Source: Thermoplasmatota archaeon (lineage in GTDB: Archaea > Thermoplasmatota > E2 > JACPAO01 > JAHFTW01). Taken from it: DNA of 64,000 bases. Below the pieces are notes generated by a model, which had not been told where the DNA came from, did not search any database, and was given only the letters and a program-made list of their open reading frames with translations. Where the stretch lies: positions 1 through 64,000 of the forward strand of contig JBFIHX010000002.1 of the NCBI GenBank assembly GCA_041601615.1. Direction: 5' to 3'. Within the stretch, counting starts at the first letter, position 1, and the number at the start of each line of letters is the position of its first letter. A program made the translations under genes and the position numbers. Shown here piece after piece: positions 9,430 to 17,017 of the stretch.

Positions 9430-10398
9430 CTAGATTCCGACGCGGTCGCCGATCAGGATGATGCCGGCAAGCACCACCAGGAGTCCTCCCCATACGATGC
9501 CGGCGATCCATTTTGCGCGGCGGGCTCGTTCGGCTTCGAGCCAGGTGCCTGGGCGGATGCCTTGAACGAGGAGCGTCGTCATGGCGGCGAGGTTGACGCT
9601 GACGAGGTTGACGGATAGGAGCAACAGGGCTCGGATGGCGTCGGCAGCTTGTCCAGCACCAAGCAGGAGGCCTGCGACGACGAGGGGTGGCACGAGGGCG
9701 ACTGCGACTGCGACGCCCACGACGGCGCCGGGGATGCTGCCGGTAAGGGTAAGGGCGGCGGCGATTCCGCTTGCGAGTGCCACGGCCACGTCCCAGGCGT
9801 CTACTTGGGTGCGGCTGGCGATTTCACGGGCGCCAAGGTCTACGTCGGCGGTGAATCCGATGAGGACGGAGACGGCGGCTGCGACCATGAGTCCGGCGGT
9901 GCCAGTCAAAAATGCGCGTCGTGCGAGTTTGAGGTCTCCGAGGGTGGTGGCGAGGGCCAGGGCGATGTTGGGTCCAAGCAGAGGGGCGAGCACCATGGCG
10001 CCGATGACGAGGGCGGTGCTGTCACGCATCAGGCCGACGGCAGCAACAAGGGAAGAAAGTGCGGCGAGCACGAGGAAGGGCGTGTGGAGGCGGGCTTGGC
10101 CCGCGGCATCTTCCAGGAGTTCGTCGCGTCCGAGGCGGTTGGTGGTTTGCTCTTCTTTGGCGCGCGGGGTGGTGGCTTCCACGGGGCTGAGGATGAGTCG
10201 GATGCCGGTGGAGGGGAGGTTGTTTTCGAAGGCACTCATGGCTGCTTCGGCGTCGGCTGCGTGCAGGAGCAATTGCAGTTCGAAGCGGTCGGGCAGGTCG
10301 TCTTGCCAAGCGTCGATGGGGGTGAGTCGTTCGAGGATTTCGCGAACGGCTTCGGCATCTGTGGCCGGGGCGTGCACTTTCAAGAGCCGCAGGGACAC
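9430..10398 (-). CDS. TIGR00341/DUF389 family membrane protein
   Basis: VIGAMVLAPLLGP, GVAVAVALVPP motifs. Confidence 0.92.
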   Translation of the reverse strand: MSLRLLKVHAPATDAEAVREILERLTPIDAWQDDLPDRFELQLLLHAADAEAAMSAFENNLPSTGIRLILSPVEATTPRAKEEQTTNRLGRDELLEDAAGQARLHTPFLVLAALSSLVAAVGLMRDSTALVIGAMVLAPLLGPNIALALATTLGDLKLARRAFLTGTAGLMVAAAVSVLIGFTADVDLGAREIASRTQVDAWDVAVALASGIAAALTLTGSIPGAVVGVAVAVALVPPLVVAGLLLGAGQAADAIRALLLLSVNLVSVNLAAMTTLLVQGIRPGTWLEAERARRAKWIAGIVWGGLLVVLAGIILIGDRVGI

Positions 10399-10529
10399 AG
10401 AGGGTGGACCGCCAAGCCTCCGCAAGTATTCGTCGGCTCAATCCAGGGGTTTGATGCGTGGATTTGGCAGCCGGCCGGGGCTCCTGTTGATGCCTATGGG
10501 TTCTTCAAGCAGGGCCCAGGTTCCCTTGC

Positions 10530-10796
10530 GTGGAGCATGAGAGCTTTTATGCGCCGTTTTTCGGCTTCTTTGCGTTGAATTTGGTGTTTTTGCTGCTGGT
10601 CACGTTGTTGGTCACAGCCTTGTTGGTCCTGGGAGCGATTGTCGTGGTCCAAGCGTACAAGGAGAGCCGCATCGGTTGGTGGGTGTACCTGATTGCCATG
10701 TTCGTGGGGCCGTTCAATCTCGTGGCGGTCATCGCGTGGTTTGCGTATTTGCGCAAAAACCCGGTGCTGGACGGCCAAGGCCGGCCGTTCTTGTAG
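10530..10796 (+). CDS. Small membrane protein, similar to 9125-9421
   Basis: SRIGWWVYL...GPFN. Confidence 0.65.
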   Translation: MEHESFYAPFFGFFALNLVFLLLVTLLVTALLVLGAIVVVQAYKESRIGWWVYLIAMFVGPFNLVAVIAWFAYLRKNPVLDGQGRPFL

Positions 10797-10879
10797 CAAA
10801 AGATTTTCTTCCCCTCCAGCCAATCTCGTAGGCGCACAGGACCCGCTGAGACCTCGGAGGGTCGGTGCAGGAAATCCAC

Positions 10880-10975
10880 ATGGGTCGCAACTATGCACCT
10901 GAGCTACGCCGGAACCAAGACGACGACTTCGACGCGTGGGACGACGAGGACGACGACATCCTCGACATGGATTGA
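10880..10975 (+). CDS. Candidate 31-aa acidic microprotein
   Basis: MGRNYAPELRRNQDDDFDAWDDEDDDILDMD; GAC-biased codons; pyrimidine tract downstream. Confidence 0.45.
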   Translation: MGRNYAPELRRNQDDDFDAWDDEDDDILDMD

Positions 10976-11044
10976 TCCCGGAGCAGCGACTCGTTTTGGC
11001 CCGCGCCTGGGTCCCGTCTTCCCCCTCTTGCCTTTGTGTTTTTG

Positions 11045-12000
11045 TTAGGCGAGGCAGTAGACTTCGCGCAGGAAGTTTCCCACGGCGGAGGTTGGGATTT
11101 TGGCGCCTGCGGATTGTGGGTGGCCGCCTCCGACGATGCCGTGGGTGTCGGTGAATTCGCGTACGAATTTTCCTAGGTTGAGCGTGGAGTCTGGGCCGGT
11201 GCGGCGCAGGCTGGTGCTGGTTTGTTCGGGGCGTTTGTTGAGCATGATCGCCACTTCGGCGTGCTCTTCGCGGGCGACTTCGGTCAGGGCACGGCTGCCG
11301 AATCCGAAGAGGCTGGGTTTGCGGCGCCCGAAGCGCAGGAGGGCAATTTTGTGCTTCAGTTCGACGCGTTCGCGGACTCGTTCGAGGGCGCGTTCCCAGC
11401 GTCGTTCGATGCACATTTGCCGGTAGCGGCCGATGACTTCGGGGATTTCGCTGGGCCAGCGGCCGTCGGCGAGTCGTCGGGCGGCGCCGAGGCGGAAACG
11501 GTCGTCTTCGATTTTGTAGCGCCAGCTGAAGTCAAGGATGCGCGCCTCGTTGTCGATGCGGTCTTGGCCAAAGCAGGAGACGGCGTCGGATAGGAGGGGG
11601 CTGGGGCAGTATTCGACTTGGTCGGCGACGGCGACGAGGTGGCGGTGGGCGCCGTTGAGGCCTAGGTATTCGTGGGCGACACTGGCAGCACTGATCCCTT
11701 GGCGCACGACGCCTTCGGTGCGTGGGTCTAGTTGGTTCCACATTTCGGCCGATTGTTGGTGGTGGTCGAGGTAGACGATGTGTTGGCGCTCGGACTTGGT
11801 TTTGTCATTGAGCGTCTTGACGAATCGCGGCGTGAGTCCGAGGTCGACGAGGTAGAATCGTTCGCTGCTGATGTCGCGGCGGAGGTGGTCGACGGCCATG
11901 TCGCCGCTGGCCACGAATGTAACGCGGGTGCTGGGGTCGCGGGCAAGGAACATGGCTGCCGCTACGATGCCGTCTACGTTGCCTCGTGTCAGCAGGTGGA
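11045..12000 (-). CDS. DHH/DHHA1 family phosphoesterase (start unresolved)
   Basis: LVDLG, LDHH and GGGHPQSAG motifs; motif I-like TRGNVDG lies upstream of the first ATG (11953). Confidence 0.85.
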
Positions 12001-12076
12001 CTTTGCGATCGTCGTGTTGCCGGAGTCCCGGAACTTGGCATCCCCGTGCATCAATCTTCCATCGGGGGCATAAATC

Positions 12077-12391
12077 CTATGCTTTGATGGCGCGACGTGT
12101 TGGGGGGTCTCGGGCGCACACTTGGCAGGGTCCTTCTTGCGGGGTTGGGCTGCCGCAGTGGCTGCACCAGCGTTGGTCTTCGCCCACGGTGTCAAAAAGG
12201 CCGGGCATCGGGGCCAGGGCTGGGAGGATGCGGTTCCAGAAGGGCAGCAACAGAAGGGCTGCGACGATGGCGACAATCCAGAGGAGGCCGGCGGCGGTGT
12301 CGAGGCCAGTGGAGTCGAGGGCGCGGCCGGTGAATCCGAGGCCGAGGGCAAGAAGGAGTGCCATCACGGCGACCCAGGTCCGTTTGCGCAC
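12077..12391 (-). CDS. Two-TM protein with C-terminal Zn ribbon
   Basis: CSHC...CQVC after two hydrophobic helices. Confidence 0.7.
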   Translation of the reverse strand: MRKRTWVAVMALLLALGLGFTGRALDSTGLDTAAGLLWIVAIVAALLLLPFWNRILPALAPMPGLFDTVGEDQRWCSHCGSPTPQEGPCQVCARDPPTRRAIKA

Positions 12392-12415
12392 GGTGTTGCA
12401 GTTGGCGCGCCCGCT

Positions 12416-13183
12416 TCAAGTCTTGCGGAGTCGTTCCCAGGCTTCTTGTTCGACCACTTGGAGGGTGCCGGGGATGACGATGCAGTGCAGGGGGGCGCCA
12501 AATTCTGCTTCGAGCAGAGCGGAGAGGGGGCCGGTGACGGTTTGGCTGTCCCCTCCGGCGCGGGCGACGACGCCGACTTCGGTTTCGGGGCCAAACCAGG
12601 TGTTGCCAGTCATTTCAGCAAGCTTGGAAAGGAGGGCGAGGCCTTCGTTGGCACTCATGAAGTAGGATTCGTCGGCTTTGATGTCGAGCAGAACGAGGGT
12701 GTGGAGGCCGAGGGCGTGGTTTTCGCCGACGGCGTCGAAGGGACTGGTGGGCATCCAGTTGTTTTCGGGGCGCACGAGCGTGGTGGTGCGGCCGAATTTG
12801 TAGTGTTGCAGGCCCAGGAGGCCGGGGGCGGCGCTGTAGATGCTGGAGGCGTGGATGATGTGGACGGGCACTCCGGCGTCGCGGGCGCGCACCACAAGGT
12901 CGGTGTGGGTGGTGGCGGCCATGGGGTCACCGGCAGTCAGGAGGACGATTTCTTGGGTGGCGGCTTCTTCGACGATTCGTTTGCCGCCGCGCTCGACGCC
13001 TTCGCGGTCCAAGAGTTCGACCGGCTTTTCGAGGAATGCTTCCAGTTCGTCATGGTCGGTGCCGCCGAGGATTGCGGTGTAGAACTCAGCGTAGACCTTG
13101 TCCGAGGCGCGCACTTGGCGCAAGCCCTTGACGCTGATGTCTTCTGCGTCGTGCAGTCCGAGTCCGATCAGATGCAGGGCCAC
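12416..13183 (-). CDS. dph5: Diphthine synthase
   Basis: LIGLGL, EFYT, GDPMAATTH, YKFGRTTT, HTLVLLD. Confidence 0.97.
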   Translation of the reverse strand: MALHLIGLGLHDAEDISVKGLRQVRASDKVYAEFYTAILGGTDHDELEAFLEKPVELLDREGVERGGKRIVEEAATQEIVLLTAGDPMAATTHTDLVVRARDAGVPVHIIHASSIYSAAPGLLGLQHYKFGRTTTLVRPENNWMPTSPFDAVGENHALGLHTLVLLDIKADESYFMSANEGLALLSKLAEMTGNTWFGPETEVGVVARAGGDSQTVTGPLSALLEAEFGAPLHCIVIPGTLQVVEQEAWERLRKT

Positions 13184-13281
13184 GGGTGCGGGGGAGGGAG
13201 GAGGGGGATGAAGGTTTGGGCTGGGAGGATGGCTCGGCCCGAGTGCGACGGGGTTTTCCCGCACGGCCCAGTGGCCGACCC

Positions 13282-14289
13282 ATGGAGCGCTCCCTCGCCG
13301 TCCGCATTCCCTTGCAAGACGCTGAGGCCGTGCGACGACGTCTCGTGGAAGAAGGCCTTCTGCGCACAGACCTTGTGTTGACCAAGGAACAGGACGCGCT
13401 GGTGTTTCCAGTCCATGCCGCCCCTGACGGATTCGAGGCCGTAGAGGCCGAATTTGCGCCCCGTGCCGTCCGCACCCGCCACTACACGGAACTCTTGGAT
13501 TGGCCCGCCTCCGATCTCGCGTTGGCGCCCCGAGCCTTCGACCAAATGGGCGACATCGTGGTCCTCAAAATCCCCGACCCCCTCTGGCCTCGACGCGGCG
13601 AAATCGGCGATGCAATCCTTCAGTTTCTGCCCGCTGCCCGCGCCGTGTTCCATGACAATGGCGTCGTGGGCGAGTACCGCACCCGCGACCTGGTGCCGCT
13701 TGCCGGCGAGGGCGGCGCGGAGACCACCGTGACCGAGAATGGCGTGCGCCTTCGCGTGGATGTGACACGCGCCTATTTTTCGCCGCGATTGGGCGACGAA
13801 CGCGCCCGTATCGCCGCACTGTGTCGGCCAGGAGAGCGTGTCATCGATCTTTTTGGCGGCGTTGCTCCTCTTGGTGTGCAGTTGGCTCGTGCCGGCGTGG
13901 ACGTGGTGAGCATTGACTTGAATCCAGACGCCACACGGCTCGCCGCAGTCAATGCAGAATTGAACAAAGTGCATCTCGTGGCGCTCGAAGGCGATGCTCG
14001 CGCCGTCGCGGCGGGCCTGGAACCCGCCGACCGCGTGGTGATGAACCTGCCCCACGGCGCCAAGCATTTCCTAGACGTTGCGGCGGCAGCGTGTCGCCCC
14101 GGCGGGACCGTGCACTACCACGAGATCATGCTGGATGCCGACGTGGAAGCGCGCAAAGCCCGCCTCGTTGCTGAGTTCCACGCGCTTGGCCGCGTTGCCA
14201 GCGTCCACCATGTGCGCCATGTGCGTGCCTATTCCCCCGTCGAGGGCCACTATGCCTTCGACATTTCCTTGGAGACCCCGACCCCATGA
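13282..14289 (+). CDS. Trm5/Taw2 (Met-10) family tRNA methyltransferase
   Basis: FDQMGDI, AYFSPRL, DLFGGV, DLNPDA, VMNLP. Confidence 0.92.
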   Translation: MERSLAVRIPLQDAEAVRRRLVEEGLLRTDLVLTKEQDALVFPVHAAPDGFEAVEAEFAPRAVRTRHYTELLDWPASDLALAPRAFDQMGDIVVLKIPDPLWPRRGEIGDAILQFLPAARAVFHDNGVVGEYRTRDLVPLAGEGGAETTVTENGVRLRVDVTRAYFSPRLGDERARIAALCRPGERVIDLFGGVAPLGVQLARAGVDVVSIDLNPDATRLAAVNAELNKVHLVALEGDARAVAAGLEPADRVVMNLPHGAKHFLDVAAAACRPGGTVHYHEIMLDADVEARKARLVAEFHALGRVASVHHVRHVRAYSPVEGHYAFDISLETPTP

Positions 14290-14945
14290 CGCGCCGATTC
14301 GACCTCGTAACCCTGGACCTGGACGGCACGCTTCTGCCCGACACCACGGCCTTTGCCGCCGCACTCACAGCCAACGGCCGAGCTGCGGATGTGGAGGCAA
14401 GCGATGAGCGGTTTTTTGCCGGCGAAATTTCGCTGGAGAACTGCTTCTGGGAGCAATGGGCGTGGATCAAGGAATTGACACTCGCGGACGTGCACCGCGG
14501 CCTTCGCAAAGCCTCCTGGTTGCCGGGCATTGTGGACGGTGTGCGCCGCCTGCGAGCGGCCGGCATGGAGGTGCGCCTTCTGACGGATCAGCCTTCCATC
14601 GTCACCGATTTTCTAGGCCGCTGGGGCCTCATCGATGCCATTTCGTCGCCCTGCACCATCAAGGAGGGGCGGGTCGTAGATATCGATGCGCGATTTGACA
14701 AATGGGCCAACCTCGAAGACGCCCTCGCCGCAGCTCGTATTGATCCTGCGCGGGTCTGTCATGTGGGCAATGGTCGCAACGACGTGCCCGTCTGGGCAAA
14801 CGTAGGTGCAGGCGTCGCCGCGTTCGCTCCGTCGGAAGTTGCACGTCATGCTACCGTGGATGTGGGTCGGCCCGAGAGCCTCGACGCCGTGGTGGATGCA
14901 ATCCTGGCCCTGCCGCCAGCCCCATCCCAGGCCGCCGCGAATTAG
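14286..14945 (+). CDS. HAD-superfamily hydrolase
   Basis: DLDGTL motif I, VGNGRND motif IV. Confidence 0.9.
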   Translation: MTRRFDLVTLDLDGTLLPDTTAFAAALTANGRAADVEASDERFFAGEISLENCFWEQWAWIKELTLADVHRGLRKASWLPGIVDGVRRLRAAGMEVRLLTDQPSIVTDFLGRWGLIDAISSPCTIKEGRVVDIDARFDKWANLEDALAAARIDPARVCHVGNGRNDVPVWANVGAGVAAFAPSEVARHATVDVGRPESLDAVVDAILALPPAPSQAAAN

Positions 14946-16186
14946 CAGCCGACGATGGAGTGGATGCGGAATTCGCCCGTGATGCGGTAGATGATATCCA
15001 CGGTGCTTTGGCCGTTGTTTTCCCACAGCAGCGAGTAGCCTCCGTCGCGGTCGGCGGTGATGTTGCCTGCGTGTTCGTGCATTGCGTCGTCGTCCACGAG
15101 GTACTGCACGTCGCCATCAAAGTGGGTGTGTACGTCGAAGTGGATGGGCGTGTGTGGGCTGGTCGTCCAGTTCCATGCCAGGGAGTCGCCCGCGAGCATG
15201 TTGGTGTTGATTTCGCAGAACCCGTCTTCGGCTGCCTTCGTGACAGAGCCCGTGAGTACGAACCCGTCTGGACCCGCGACACCGACACTCAACTCCCATG
15301 TCGCTCCAACTCCTGCGCCTGCGTCTGCTGTGACTTGGAACGTCCATGCGCCCACTGCGGGTTCTTGCAAGGTGAAATCGATGCGGCGCTCGGGAACGGG
15401 CGCACCCGCTAGATCACCGGTTGCGGTGGGGTCCGTCTGGTTCGTGTACACCGTACCATCCGGCGCCGTGAGTGTGAGTGTGAACACGAACGGATTCGTG
15501 GGAAGGTTGCCAAACAACGGCGCCGGCGTGACTGCCAAAAACACGATGTCGAGCACCGTAGCACCACGATCCACGTCGAAAGAGCCCTGCGTGGGGGAGC
15601 CCGTCTGGGCGGCACCCGAGAAACTGTAGCTTGCTCCCTCGAAGCCCGACAGTCCACCGTTGCCACCGCCGCCTTCTTCGTCGAGGCCGTCGCCGTCGTC
15701 CATGCCTGCGATGGGCAGAACCGTAGACCAGGCGCCCAAGACCGACGCCACGAGGATGCTCGCCGCCACGCCATACACCGCGACTCGCTCGGCGGTCCGG
15801 GGCAGCGCCTGGCTGCCTTGTGTGCGCCAAATGGTGCGCATGCGCGGAGCCACGACCTCAAACAAGTACACAGCCAGCGCCATGCCGACGAACAGCGCCG
15901 CGTGCTTCACAACCATCGCCGTTGCCCAACCGCTTTGGCCAAAATCCCAGAGTTTCGGGTGGCCTGGTTGGTAGGTGCGGATGAAGCCCCCAAACAAGTT
16001 GGCAAGGATTCCGATGTAAGCAAGCGTCTGGCCAAGAGCGAGGGTGTTGCGGTGGTGTTGACCCTCGCGCAAGTGGCGCGCCCACGACACGAATGCCACG
16101 AGACCCGCAAGGTATGCAATGGCGCCCGCCGTGTGCAGGGTGGTTGCGACGACGGAACCGAAGTCAGTAAAGAGGGCGTTGACCAC
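14942..16186 (-). CDS. Membrane protein, CopD-like TM region plus extracellular His-motif domains
   Basis: 4 N-terminal TM with His, acidic Gly linker, IHFDVHTH and MHEH motifs. Confidence 0.7.
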   Translation of the reverse strand: MVNALFTDFGSVVATTLHTAGAIAYLAGLVAFVSWARHLREGQHHRNTLALGQTLAYIGILANLFGGFIRTYQPGHPKLWDFGQSGWATAMVVKHAALFVGMALAVYLFEVVAPRMRTIWRTQGSQALPRTAERVAVYGVAASILVASVLGAWSTVLPIAGMDDGDGLDEEGGGGNGGLSGFEGASYSFSGAAQTGSPTQGSFDVDRGATVLDIVFLAVTPAPLFGNLPTNPFVFTLTLTAPDGTVYTNQTDPTATGDLAGAPVPERRIDFTLQEPAVGAWTFQVTADAGAGVGATWELSVGVAGPDGFVLTGSVTKAAEDGFCEINTNMLAGDSLAWNWTTSPHTPIHFDVHTHFDGDVQYLVDDDAMHEHAGNITADRDGGYSLLWENNGQSTVDIIYRITGEFRIHSIVGC

Positions 16187-16290
16187 TGAGCTTCGAGGTG
16201 GGCGGGCGGGTATGGAGGTTTTGGTAGCTGGACGTACGCCGAGAATCTTGAACAGCGCATTCCATCACCGACCTCCTGCATCGAGGGTTT

Positions 16291-16710
16291 GTGAAGCTCG
16301 ATGTTTCCAGTCTGCACGACGCCGTCATGCAACTGGAAAAGAGCCTCGGCTTCCTGACCTCCTCATATGCCGACGACCCGGCTCTTCTGGAGCAGTTCCA
16401 GGCGGCGACCATCCAGGCGTTCGGGTTCACCTACGAATTGACCGCCAAGATGGTGCGCCGCCAACTCCAGGAGGACGCAATCAGTCCTTCCGAGATTCGT
16501 GCACTAGGATTCATGGACCTGATGCGGCGAGCGGCGGACGCTGGTCTCGTGCGCGACGCGAGCCCTTGGCACACATTCCGGGAACTTCGCAACCGGACCA
16601 GTCACACCTACGACCGGGAAGAGGCACGAATTGTTCTGGAGTCGGTTCCTGATTTCCTTGACGAGGCCCAGTCGGTCCTTGCGGTCTTGGAGAAGCGCAA
16701 TGCCCGCTGA
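16291..16710 (+). CDS. HEPN toxin (HI0074-like nucleotidyltransferase substrate-binding family)
   Basis: IQAFGFTYEL, RNRTSH (RX4H). Confidence 0.92.
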   Translation: MKLDVSSLHDAVMQLEKSLGFLTSSYADDPALLEQFQAATIQAFGFTYELTAKMVRRQLQEDAISPSEIRALGFMDLMRRAADAGLVRDASPWHTFRELRNRTSHTYDREEARIVLESVPDFLDEAQSVLAVLEKRNAR

Positions 16711-17017
16711 GGTTCAAGTCCCCGACGACCAGTTGAGTCAAATTTTGGGCATTCTGGCGCGTCACGCCCCGGGCCGCTCCATTCACGCATTCGGCTCTCG
16801 GGCCCACGGCAATCCCCGTCCCACATCGGACCTGGATCTTTGCCTGCATGGCCCAGTCCTAGAGCTGCATGAAATGGCCGCACTCCGGGAAGAACTGGAG
16901 GAGTCCAATCTCCCGTTCACCGTGGACGTGGTGGAATGGGAGCGCATCGGGGCACGTTTCAGGGATCTAATCAAGCGTGATTGGGTGGAGCTGCGGTCCG
17001 CCACCGACGCGACCTAG
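16700..17017 (+). CDS. Minimal nucleotidyltransferase (MNT) antitoxin
   Basis: FGSRAHG...SDLDL...VDVV; overlaps HEPN gene. Confidence 0.92.
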   Translation: MPAEVQVPDDQLSQILGILARHAPGRSIHAFGSRAHGNPRPTSDLDLCLHGPVLELHEMAALREELEESNLPFTVDVVEWERIGARFRDLIKRDWVELRSATDAT

